Shown: piece by piece, positions 18,066 through 26,983 of the stretch
Layout: each line of letters starts with the position of its first letter
Numbering within the stretch: the first letter of the stretch is position 1
Virus record (IMG/VR): IMGVR_UViG_3300038345_000251
Coordinates: 96,001 to 160,000 of that record
Length of the DNA stretch: 64,000 bases
DNA from: a virus
Taxonomy: Duplodnaviria > Heunggongvirae > Uroviricota > Caudoviricetes
Reading direction: 5' to 3' (one strand)
Notes under the pieces: model-generated
Told to the model about the DNA's origin: nothing
What the model saw: only the letters and a program-made list of their open reading frames with translations
Database searches by the model: none
Program-made: the position numbers and the translations under genes

Positions 18066-19766
18066 TTATTTTTTGTTTTTCCATATATAACATAAGCATC
18101 CACAATCGTAAATTCTATACCATTTTTGTGATAGACAGAATTTATGTTCAGACACATTTTTGGGACATCCATATTTTTTTATTAAAATACTTTTTCTTAA
18201 ATTAAATCTATATTCTCTTTTTCTATTAATTATATAATAGTAATTTGGTTTTGATTCATTGTATTTAGAAAAACCAAGCGTTTTATATAAACTACCTTGT
18301 GACCATCTTCTATCAGCATATGAAACAATTTCTTGGGGTTGATATTGATTAATAAAATAATTTAGTAATTTACTTGCCCCACCTATTACATTTGTATTAA
18401 GTTTATTACAGAATCTAAGAAGTTCCCATTGTGGTTTACCATTTCCAATAAAATGTCTTGACTTACCAAATGTCATTAATGATACTAATTCATTATTATA
18501 ATATAAACCTAATTTAACAGAAGAGCCACATTTACCTTGAAGATGATTTTTTTCAAGAAAAATAGATGCATCATGTGAAGTAACTTCTTTTATGTTACAT
18601 TTTCTTCCATATATTTTATTTTTTGTTATTCCAAATATATTATTAAACATTGATTTAATAATATCTTGTTTATAAATCCATTCATCTTCAAAAACATGAA
18701 TTAATCTAATTCCTTTCTTCTCACATTCAAGTGTCTTATTAAGATGATAATATTTATTTCTGTATATTTCAGAATGCCAATACAAACCGTCAAATTCAAT
18801 ACCAATATTATATTCAGGTATTAATATATCAATTTCACCGTTATTTATAATGTTTTTAACATTTTCTTTAATTACAGTATTTTTTGTTAAAATACTTTGT
18901 AAATATTTTACAATTTCTTTTTCTTGATTTGATATAACATTTCCACATTTAGGACAACCTTGTTTTAAATGTATATGATTTGATGGGTCTTGCCAAAATT
19001 CTCCATGTTTAGGACAAATAATACAAACTTTAGTGTTACCATCTTTATAATCAACTTTTGAATAATCATATGTATCACTATGAATCTCTTTTGCAATACT
19101 AACCCATTCTTTAGTTGTAAATTTTATTTTGTTTGTAACAATAACCCTTCCACATTTAGGACAACCTTGTTTACCTTTAATATGATTATTCATTGTTTGA
19201 TAAAACACACCATGTTCAGGACAAATAATAGGATATTTTTGTCTGTCATTTTTGTATTCAGTAATTAAACTATAATCATATTTATTACCATGAACTTCTT
19301 TTGCCTGTTCAATAACTTCACTTATTGTTCTTCTTTTAGAATTAGCAGATTTTATATACCTACAAATAGGACAACCTTCACCAGATAACAAATGACTTGG
19401 TGTTATGTAAAAGTCACCATGCTCAATACCATTTTTGTCTTTTTCATGACAAGTAACAATAATTTTTTCTTTGTTATTTTTGTAAACAGTTTTTTCAAAA
19501 CTATAACTTTTACAATGTTCTAAATTTGTTACCTCTTTAACAAAATCATTTGTTGTATACCTAAATCTATTTGAACATTTAGGACATCCTTGTTTTGAAT
19601 GTATGTGTTTATTAAAACTTTTATAAAACACGCCATGTTCAGGACATATTATAGGATATTTTTCTCTATCATTTTTATATTCAGTAATCAAACTATAGTC
19701 ATATTTATCACTATGAACCTCTCTCGCTTGTTTAATTCTTTCTTCTAATGTTATTATTTTACCCAT
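18066..19766 (-). CDS. Free-standing homing endonuclease-like protein: four Cys/His repeats, PD-(D/E)XK domain, Mom/GNAT-like domain
   Basis: KYDYS..CPEHG..H..GCPKC x4; EIDILIPEYNIGIEFDGLYWH; ELLRFC..GGASKLL..SYADRRWSQG.LY..LGF; ACTATTTAT at 19782..19790. Confidence 0.8.
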   Translation of the reverse strand: MGKIITLEERIKQAREVHSDKYDYSLITEYKNDREKYPIICPEHGVFYKSFNKHIHSKQGCPKCSNRFRYTTNDFVKEVTNLEHCKSYSFEKTVYKNNKEKIIVTCHEKDKNGIEHGDFYITPSHLLSGEGCPICRYIKSANSKRRTISEVIEQAKEVHGNKYDYSLITEYKNDRQKYPIICPEHGVFYQTMNNHIKGKQGCPKCGRVIVTNKIKFTTKEWVSIAKEIHSDTYDYSKVDYKDGNTKVCIICPKHGEFWQDPSNHIHLKQGCPKCGNVISNQEKEIVKYLQSILTKNTVIKENVKNIINNGEIDILIPEYNIGIEFDGLYWHSEIYRNKYYHLNKTLECEKKGIRLIHVFEDEWIYKQDIIKSMFNNIFGITKNKIYGRKCNIKEVTSHDASIFLEKNHLQGKCGSSVKLGLYYNNELVSLMTFGKSRHFIGNGKPQWELLRFCNKLNTNVIGGASKLLNYFINQYQPQEIVSYADRRWSQGSLYKTLGFSKYNESKPNYYYIINRKREYRFNLRKSILIKKYGCPKNVSEHKFCLSQKWYRIYDCGCLCYIWKNKK

Positions 19767-19819
19767 ATGTTTCCTTTTATAATAAATAGTTTAAAAAACC
19801 AAAAACACCAAAAAAGAAA

Positions 19820-22372
19820 TTAATAATTTAAACAATTTTTAATAAATTGTAATCCAGCAAGACAAGTTTTAGAATATGTAATATCTTCTCTCCAATTATT
19901 CATAAACTTATTATAAAACAATTTAAGATATGTTTTTGAATAATTTAATACTTTAATTGGTACTCTATCAATTGTACCATTTGCTAATGCTAATGCTGTC
20001 TCATTTATATATGGCATTTGGTTTTCAAAATATCTACAATGTGTGCCAGTTGGTATATTACTTGTATAATGTTCTAACTCGGTATTTTCATTAATTTCAT
20101 TTGGCTTAATCTTTTCTTGCTTGTTATTAAATAACGAATGGTCTTCTGTCACTTCAATAGTCATATCTCCATCATTTATTTCATATATATCTTTATCTGT
20201 TTTATGCCTGTATATATAACTTGGTTCTACCCATCCACTTCTACATAATACTAAATAATTTTTAGGTGAATAATCATATTCTCTACCTAATTCATCAATC
20301 TTAATTTCCTTTTCATTAATAAGTTCTTCAATTGGTTTGATGTCAATCCAACCATTTTCTTTATATTTAATAAACAATGGTGTATCATGTGTAAAACTAT
20401 CACCAACAATAGGCTGATAACCAAGTTTACTGAAATGGTTAATCATTAAACGAAGTGACTGTCTTCCTGTACACGTAGTTCTTTCAGCACACTTAATTGA
20501 CTTCCAAGGATAAACTGCACCATTGTTTGAACCATATGCACCGAAAAAACTATTACAGAATACCTTTCTAATACTTTGAAGTTTATCTGCTGATGCAAAA
20601 CTTGTAAGTGCTTCGTGATATGAAATGTTATCTTCAGCATTTAATTTCTGTCCTGCATTGACAAATGCTTCAAACTTTTGAATAAGTTTGTCTGCTGCTT
20701 TTTTAACACCTTTATATTTTTCACGTGAAGTTAAGAAGTATTCCAAGAATTTAAGTGTAGCACCTGACAAGTCTTTCTCATCCTCTATTGCCCAAGTGAG
20801 AATAATTGAAGGGTAAAGGCTGTTGAAGTCAAGTTTGATAACGTTTGCTACATATCCTGTCTGTAATAGACGTGACAAACCACCTGTAAACTTACCTGTG
20901 TTAGATGCATATGGAATAGCCAAATCGTTTTCATAACTCCAAGCCATCATTAATGACTTCCACTGTCCAGCTGTACCCATAGTACAACATTTTTGAAATG
21001 GTAATGGAAGGTTTTTACAAATATTAAATGCACTTTGGTTTAGTGCTAATTCTACTTTATCGCATTCCCAAAGGTCATCAAGAAGGTATCTTTCAACAAT
21101 ATATTTACCATTAACTAAAGAATACCCTTCGTCAACATTGTTAAACTCAGGTATAAAATTACGTTTAGTTTCTCCGTCAAATTTAAATGGAGTATGACAT
21201 TTTTGATTAAATAAATACCAATCACCATTATCATTGTTAAATGCATAATGTTTTTCTAAGTCAATAAGTGTTTTATCAATTAAACCACCTGGTACATAAA
21301 CACGATTGTTTTTAACCAAGTCAAGATATTTAGTTGAATACTTTAAGTCAGCTTTTAAGAAACTACTATCAACTGCCTGTGCACGTCTAACTGCATGAAG
21401 TGAATCGGTAATAACAATACCAGGGACAATTGTTTGATGAAATGTTTCAACTTCACCACCAAGTTTAAGGATTGTTTCTTTAGGATTTTTATAAACTGAA
21501 GCACCTTTAAAATAAGGTTTTGTAACATCTTCAATACAAGTACCTAATTGTTTACACCTTTCAATAATAAACTCCCAGTCAAAGTTTTCACCGTTGTGTG
21601 CGGTAATAACATCAGGTTTAAATGTATATATAATTCGAAACATTGTATCAATAACTTTAAGTTCCGATTTATCCATTTCTTCTTTTGTTGTACCTGTAAT
21701 TCTGAAAATTCTTTCAAAATTTTGATATGTTACACCATCAACAGTAACTGGACGATTAAGTCTGATACCATTAAGTTTGATTCTATCTTTTGTTGGGTCA
21801 AGACCTTCTGTTTCCAAGTCGAATATCATTCGAAGAAGTTCATTGTAGTCTTCGTACCCTTTGAAGAACCGTTTACCTGTAGAAATTAAATACTGTTCTT
21901 GTGGTGTGATAGCCAGATATGGTCTATCAAGTTTCTTTTCGATTTTTTGGTTTTTGTCCTGATAAATAGGAAAACCTGCCTTTTTAAAGAAATCAAGAAA
22001 TGTTGTGTAACTCATTGGTTGTGTGGCATAGAACATATATCTATAACCATCACGCATATCTTCACATTCGTTACCATCATAATCTTTAATAGAAAGTTCT
22101 TTTACTGCGATTTTATATTTTCGCATCAAGATTTTCAAATCATTTCTTTTACCATTACATAATGCTAAACAAGCACTAAGCCTTGCCCACACAAACGGAT
22201 AAAAAGGTTGCATTGACATACACTTCATATCCTGTTCATTCCTATAGTAGACTTTAACGAAATCGTCTCTATAATTATATTCAAGGTTTACAATTCTTTC
22301 CTGTGGGTCATGTCCGTTAAGGAACGTTTCAATAGTATCTGTGTTAATTTCTTTACGTTTCAAATTTTCCAT
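19820..22372 (-). CDS. polB: DNA polymerase family B, N-terminal part (658 aa) fused to the split-intein N fragment
   Basis: ExoI FDLETE, ExoII HNGENFD, ExoIII YLLDD, motif A LDFNSLYPSII, motif B KVFCNSFFG, then IVGD|S. Confidence 0.92.
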   Translation of the reverse strand: MENLKRKEINTDTIETFLNGHDPQERIVNLEYNYRDDFVKVYYRNEQDMKCMSMQPFYPFVWARLSACLALCNGKRNDLKILMRKYKIAVKELSIKDYDGNECEDMRDGYRYMFYATQPMSYTTFLDFFKKAGFPIYQDKNQKIEKKLDRPYLAITPQEQYLISTGKRFFKGYEDYNELLRMIFDLETEGLDPTKDRIKLNGIRLNRPVTVDGVTYQNFERIFRITGTTKEEMDKSELKVIDTMFRIIYTFKPDVITAHNGENFDWEFIIERCKQLGTCIEDVTKPYFKGASVYKNPKETILKLGGEVETFHQTIVPGIVITDSLHAVRRAQAVDSSFLKADLKYSTKYLDLVKNNRVYVPGGLIDKTLIDLEKHYAFNNDNGDWYLFNQKCHTPFKFDGETKRNFIPEFNNVDEGYSLVNGKYIVERYLLDDLWECDKVELALNQSAFNICKNLPLPFQKCCTMGTAGQWKSLMMAWSYENDLAIPYASNTGKFTGGLSRLLQTGYVANVIKLDFNSLYPSIILTWAIEDEKDLSGATLKFLEYFLTSREKYKGVKKAADKLIQKFEAFVNAGQKLNAEDNISYHEALTSFASADKLQSIRKVFCNSFFGAYGSNNGAVYPWKSIKCAERTTCTGRQSLRLMINHFSKLGYQPIVGDSFTHDTPLFIKYKENGWIDIKPIEELINEKEIKIDELGREYDYSPKNYLVLCRSGWVEPSYIYRHKTDKDIYEINDGDMTIEVTEDHSLFNNKQEKIKPNEINENTELEHYTSNIPTGTHCRYFENQMPYINETALALANGTIDRVPIKVLNYSKTYLKLFYNKFMNNWREDITYSKTCLAGLQFIKNCLNY
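19823..20398 (-). mobile_element. Split intein N fragment (IntN, 192 aa)
   Basis: Block A SFTHDTPLFIK; IYRHK; block B VTEDHSLF; tail resembles a decayed LAGLIDADG C-half. Confidence 0.88.
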
Positions 22373-22392
22373 AATCTTATCAGTTTAATTAA

Positions 22393-22409
22393 GCCGACAA
22401 TCCATCGGC
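22393..22409 (-). promoter_or_regulatory. Hairpin in the polymerase 5' leader, possible translational operator
   Basis: GCCGAT-GGATT-GTCGGC, 20 nt before the ATG. Confidence 0.45.
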
Positions 22410-22439
22410 ATCATTTATTCATATTTAGTTTTATTTTTA

Positions 22440-22471
22440 CAAAAATACAAAATAAAAACTAGAATATCAAA
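22440..22471 (-). promoter_or_regulatory. Bacteroidota-type promoter for polB-N
   Basis: TTTG-N20-TATTTTTG. Confidence 0.75.
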
Positions 22472-22479
22472 CTATTTAT
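22471..22479 (+). promoter_or_regulatory. Putative late promoter ACTATTTAT
   Basis: Recurrent motif, 19 nt before ATG 22499. Confidence 0.7.
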
Positions 22480-22498
22480 AAAGAAAATATATAGTACT

Positions 22499-22804
22499 AT
22501 GAAAGAGATAAGATTGAATGAAAATACACTTAAACAAATCGTTGCTGAATCAGTAATGAGGATGTTAAAAGAAGGTTTAGCAACAAATGACCCAAATATA
22601 GATAAATGGTATGAAGCAGTACAAATTATGGGTGCTGAAAATATGTTAGATGCCTTATTCCAATATCTTGATGGAGATACCATTAGAGATTTCATTGATA
22701 CTTTAGATAGAGAATATGAAATTTGGGGATATGATGAAGATGAGGAATTAGACGATGAAGATGAGGAATTAGATAATGAAGAATTAAATAATGAAATTTA
22801 CTGA
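22499..22804 (+). CDS. Leader-bearing acidic small protein
   Basis: MKEIRLNENTLKQIVAESVMRMLKE plus Asp/Glu-rich tail. Confidence 0.7.
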   Translation: MKEIRLNENTLKQIVAESVMRMLKEGLATNDPNIDKWYEAVQIMGAENMLDALFQYLDGDTIRDFIDTLDREYEIWGYDEDEELDDEDEELDNEELNNEIY

Positions 22805-23555
22805 AAAAGATATAAGATATATGGTTTCTGAAAGTGTTAGAAAAATGCTTTCAGAAGCACAGACTGTAATTGATAATTTTGATAGAGCAGCAAAATTGTT
22901 AGATGTACAGTCAGATGATGATTTTCATTTTGTTCAAATAGTCAAAAGATTTAAAGACAATCCAAACGATAATAAAAGAGTTGGAAATTATCATGCTGGT
23001 GCTTGGTATCTTGGTGGATTTAGAGTACATAACGCACAAGAATTAATGAAATTAAAACCACAAATTATCAGTATGTGTCAACAAAACAATGCAAGAGCAT
23101 ATATGACAATCAATAAACGTTCTGATAAAGAAACTGATAATTTTATTAAAATTTACAAACAGAAATATCCTTCAAACGACCCAAGATATATTAATGCTGA
23201 CCAAATTGTTCCTGCACAAGCAAAAGATGGTGATAATTGGAAAGGTGTTAGAAAAAGACTTATTATTGATATTGATGTTCCAAAAACAGCAACAACCTCT
23301 GATGGTGAAAATATTTGGGATGAAGTACATTATCTTATAAATATGGTAGGTATTCAACCATTAGATGAATATGTTACACCAAGTGGTGGTTTACATATAA
23401 TTTTACCAGATAAAGAAGATAAAAGGTTTTTATATCTTAAAAGATTATTCTATAAATTTGATGATTGGCAAGATAAAGGAAGACTTGCAACTGTTCATCC
23501 AAATGTTGATTCACGAATAGTACTTTATTCAAATGTAACAACAAAAGGATATTAA
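22791..23555 (+). CDS. Leader-bearing protein with AEP (prim-pol)-like motifs
   Basis: MKFTEKDIRYMVSESVRKMLSE; LIIDID and TPSGGLHII. Confidence 0.6.
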   Translation: MKFTEKDIRYMVSESVRKMLSEAQTVIDNFDRAAKLLDVQSDDDFHFVQIVKRFKDNPNDNKRVGNYHAGAWYLGGFRVHNAQELMKLKPQIISMCQQNNARAYMTINKRSDKETDNFIKIYKQKYPSNDPRYINADQIVPAQAKDGDNWKGVRKRLIIDIDVPKTATTSDGENIWDEVHYLINMVGIQPLDEYVTPSGGLHIILPDKEDKRFLYLKRLFYKFDDWQDKGRLATVHPNVDSRIVLYSNVTTKGY

Positions 23556-23565
23556 TACATGAAGA

Positions 23566-23593
23566 AAAAAGCCTGTAAATTTACAGGCTTTTT
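23566..23593. terminator. Bidirectional terminator
   Basis: Palindrome AAAAAGCCTGTAAATTTACAGGCTTTTT between convergent genes. Confidence 0.85.
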
Positions 23594-23594
23594 G

Positions 23595-24179
23595 TTATTC
23601 ATACATATCTTCATATCCTTCGTCTCGTACCCTATCTAATATTTTACCTAAAAGGTTTTGTCCTTTCCAATTGTCTTTATTAGCAATTCTATCATCTGCG
23701 TAACTAATTCCAACACCCCATATTTTATCAACAGGACTTCCTTCAACAAAATGTTTAGACATATACCTTGGTAATAGTAAACACGTTCTACAAAGACCAT
23801 CTTGTTCAAACTTTGCTTTTACGGCTTTGTACATTACTTCTTCTTTTATTTCATCCCATTTCTTACTATCAAAGTTTTTTACCTGTCTTCCAAAGTTTTT
23901 ACATTCTTTAGGTTCATTACTTGAAAGGATTTTCTCAGCAATCTCTTCGTCACCGAAAGTTATTGCTTTCTGATACATAAAGTATTTTTCAGATGATGTC
24001 CAATATCTTCCATCAAGATGAAAACGTGTTGGGAAGAAGTTTGAAAAGCAACTTCCCCAAAATGCCACATAATCATCATATTCTACAGAACCAACTAATG
24101 CTTGTTTAATTTGATTTTCAAATTTTGGGTCAATAGTTTGTTCGTTACTTATGCTTTCAATTAATTTATCAATTTTCAT
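23595..24179 (-). CDS. NADAR (YbiA-like) family protein
   Basis: FSNFF, SSEKYFMYQKA, GRQVKNFD, AKFEQ, EGSPVDKIWGVG, GQNLLGKIL. Confidence 0.9.
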   Translation of the reverse strand: MKIDKLIESISNEQTIDPKFENQIKQALVGSVEYDDYVAFWGSCFSNFFPTRFHLDGRYWTSSEKYFMYQKAITFGDEEIAEKILSSNEPKECKNFGRQVKNFDSKKWDEIKEEVMYKAVKAKFEQDGLCRTCLLLPRYMSKHFVEGSPVDKIWGVGISYADDRIANKDNWKGQNLLGKILDRVRDEGYEDMYE

Positions 24180-25355
24180 TTATCTACAATAAATTTTTCT
24201 TGTTAAGATTAATCCGTTTTCATCGAAAAGTTCATACATTTGTGCAGGTTCTTCATAGGAGAAACCATTACTAAGAGAAAATGTATTAAAACCAATAATT
24301 GAACCATTTACTGTTGCATTTGGAATTGATATACAACTATGAAAATGTCCAATATAAATTTTATCCTGATGGAAATTTCTGTCAAGTTTAAGACTTAAAC
24401 GATTTAAAGATGGGTAAATACCACATACTGTTCCATTTCCACTTGATTTAATTTGGAAACCGTGCATAAACATATATTTCTTTCCATCACTTGTCTGAAG
24501 GATTGCCATTTCACTTTTTGGAATTTCAACTTCAATTGGAAGTCCTGTGAGTTGGATTTCCTTTTCAACATTTTTATACATCAACCATTCATAAGACATT
24601 ACGTGTCCATTTGCGTGTTGTATTTTCTTTGTTGTTCTACTATGATTACCAACAATACCAATAAACTTAATATGCTTTACATTACTATTTTTAACAATAT
24701 ATTCAAGACCATTATATAACAAATTTTGTGCCTTAAATGTTGCTTCAAGTGGTGTCATACTATTGTTTTGTGCCAATTCTTCCCATATATAACCTGAAAT
24801 GGTATCACCCAATGATGCAAACACTAAACTTTCAACTTTATCTTCATTAAGTGCTTTCACAAGATTGACAAAGTATTTTTTTATTCTTTCTTCAGCAATC
24901 TCAATATTATATTCGTTTAAACCTAAAACACCATCTGCTTTTACAGTTTCTTCAATATGTGCATCAGAAAAAAGAGCAATTGCATATCTAGATTTACCTT
25001 CTTTTGTTGTTACATTAAAACTATATTGTTCAAACGGAAGTTCAGAAACAGATTTTGCTTCTATAAATTCCTTATAATCGTCAGAATTTACGATTCGTTC
25101 AACTTCTTTTTGCTCTTCTGTCTTAGGTATAGCAACCACTTTTTCTTCATTTTTATCTTTTGTTTCAAAATAATTAACGTCTTTAAGTTTATAGGTTATT
25201 CCCTGATGAACAAAGGTCTCACCCTTCTTAAGACGTTTAAGAATAGTACTTTTACTAATACCTAATTCCTTGGCTAATTTTCTTGCACTACTATATTCAT
25301 TTCCATAGTTATCAATTATGATATTAGCAGTACTTGGTTTTACATAATCATTCAT
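24180..25355 (-). CDS. Calcineurin-like metallophosphoesterase with N-terminal HTH
   Basis: SDAH, LGD, GNH, MHG, GHFH; N-terminal SARKLAKELGISKSTI. Confidence 0.8.
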   Translation of the reverse strand: MNDYVKPSTANIIIDNYGNEYSSARKLAKELGISKSTILKRLKKGETFVHQGITYKLKDVNYFETKDKNEEKVVAIPKTEEQKEVERIVNSDDYKEFIEAKSVSELPFEQYSFNVTTKEGKSRYAIALFSDAHIEETVKADGVLGLNEYNIEIAEERIKKYFVNLVKALNEDKVESLVFASLGDTISGYIWEELAQNNSMTPLEATFKAQNLLYNGLEYIVKNSNVKHIKFIGIVGNHSRTTKKIQHANGHVMSYEWLMYKNVEKEIQLTGLPIEVEIPKSEMAILQTSDGKKYMFMHGFQIKSSGNGTVCGIYPSLNRLSLKLDRNFHQDKIYIGHFHSCISIPNATVNGSIIGFNTFSLSNGFSYEEPAQMYELFDENGLILTRKIYCR

Positions 25356-25385
25356 TTCTTTTCAAATTTTAAAAATTATTTTTTA

Positions 25386-25417
25386 CAAATGTACAAAATA
25401 AAAACCAGAAAAACAAA
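25386..25417 (-). promoter_or_regulatory. Bacteroidota-type promoter
   Basis: TTTG-N20-TACATTTG. Confidence 0.75.
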
Positions 25418-25420
25418 TTG

Positions 25421-25804
25421 TTATTCTAATTCTATTTCAATTTTTGATAATATTTCTTTTACTTCTTCTATTGTATTACCAAAGTGAAGTACACATCTTC
25501 CTTGTTCTGGATATTCATCTAAATTTGTGATATTTATCCATGAAAGTGCTACAATCTTATTAATAGCATATTCCATAGAATAACACGAAGTCTCTTCAAT
25601 TGTAGTGAATTCAAACGGTGAAAATATTCTTATAACTTTAGAATAAGTAGAACTATCTGGTGTTAAATCCCCTAAAGTATTTGGGACTTTTACATCCCAA
25701 TCAACACCCCAAACAACATCTGGCGTTTCACTAAAAAATAAATCGTATTCAAATTTACTGAATGGTTTAACATATACTAAATATAACTCGTTGTTTGTTT
25801 CCAT
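25421..25804 (-). CDS. Hypothetical protein, paralog of the N-domain of 25806..26588
   Basis: Shared VWG, DL.P, C(F/Y)SM, KI..L and FG.T..EV motifs. Confidence 0.75.
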   Translation of the reverse strand: METNNELYLVYVKPFSKFEYDLFFSETPDVVWGVDWDVKVPNTLGDLTPDSSTYSKVIRIFSPFEFTTIEETSCYSMEYAINKIVALSWINITNLDEYPEQGRCVLHFGNTIEEVKEILSKIEIELE

Positions 25805-25805
25805 A

Positions 25806-26588
25806 TTAGTTTTCTACTTTACCATAAATAGTAACTTCGTCAATAGTTTCTAATTCTTTTTGGTCAAAACTGTCAAATTTTGCTATTTTTTCAATTTCAT
25901 CACCAAAAAAAGATATTCTAATAGGATTACCTGACTTATATGAGAATATGTCAATTAAATATCCTCTCACACAAAATTCTCCTTCATTAGAAACATAATC
26001 AACACGTTTATATCCATGATTGAATAATTCATCTATGATGTATTCGTGTTTAACTTTATCGTTGTTTCGTAATGTTAAAATATCTATATATCCATCAAGA
26101 CTAAGTGTATAATTTCCTATATCTTCGTCTTCTTTATTACTAATTGATTCAATTAAACTATCAATTATTTTTTCTTCACCATTTTCGTATTCAACAATGT
26201 TATAAAAAGAATAACCACAACTTTTTAATTTTTCTACAACTTCATCAAAAGTTTCACCAAAATCAAAACGTAATGGTTCATCGTTGTAATAAATAGTATC
26301 TTCCTCTGTTAGTTCAGTAAAAGCCAAAGAAATAATTTTATCAAAACAATCTTGCATTGAAAAACATCCGTTTTTCTTGGCTAAATTTAAACTTTTATCA
26401 AAATTTACTCTTGCTGATTTAATAATTGTGGTACTTTCAGGCTGTAAATCAGGTATAATTATTGTTGGGGCAACATTAAAATAGTCACCCCATACAGAAT
26501 CAGTATCATCTGTAAAATCAAATCTATAAATGTAGTCACCATCTATAGATTTACCTAAATAATCAACAAACGCTAAATATTCATTCAT
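25806..26588 (-). CDS. Phage domain fused to an Mfd/UvrB UvrA-interaction domain
   Basis: C-terminal GYKRVDYVSNEGEFCVRGYLIDIFS..PIRISFFGDEIEKI..FD..DQ. Confidence 0.8.
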   Translation of the reverse strand: MNEYLAFVDYLGKSIDGDYIYRFDFTDDTDSVWGDYFNVAPTIIIPDLQPESTTIIKSARVNFDKSLNLAKKNGCFSMQDCFDKIISLAFTELTEEDTIYYNDEPLRFDFGETFDEVVEKLKSCGYSFYNIVEYENGEEKIIDSLIESISNKEDEDIGNYTLSLDGYIDILTLRNNDKVKHEYIIDELFNHGYKRVDYVSNEGEFCVRGYLIDIFSYKSGNPIRISFFGDEIEKIAKFDSFDQKELETIDEVTIYGKVEN

Positions 26589-26983
26589 TTTTCTAAATTA
26601 CTTGGATGATATGGATTATTCATTAGTTCTGTTCCGCAATCAGTTTCTACTTTAGCATATTTTTCTTCCCATAACTGAAATAAACCTATTTGTAAGTCAG
26701 TATATGTAACATTTCTGCTATCATAAAAAGTTATACCATTAGTTTCTAACACTTTAGATTCATAAAATGTATTGTTCCCTCTATATATTCCATAACATTT
26801 TTTCATTACATTGTAATAAGTGCTACCAACTTTATAGGTTTTTGCTATTTTTTTACCTTTTCGTGTATAATGTTTTGTAACAAGTTGTGTAATTATATTG
26901 TTTGTAGTTTCTTTAACTTTTTTAAGAAATTTACAGTAATAGTTAATCACAATCCAATTTCTAATGTTTTTAAAAAGTTCCAT
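26585..26983 (-). CDS. Hypothetical protein
   Basis: 132-aa operon ORF. Confidence 0.65.
   Translation of the reverse strand: MELFKNIRNWIVINYYCKFLKKVKETTNNIITQLVTKHYTRKGKKIAKTYKVGSTYYNVMKKCYGIYRGNNTFYESKVLETNGITFYDSRNVTYTDLQIGLFQLWEEKYAKVETDCGTELMNNPYHPSNLEK

Noticed and set aside
18041-18172. ORF-track N-terminal extension of 17738..18172
   Set aside because: It overlaps the endonuclease end and a promoter; ATG 18040 fits better.
16141-22372. Polymerase broken by insertion (pseudogene) or by an RNA intron
   Set aside because: Both halves are intact with complementary intein blocks, and no group I/II core is visible between them.
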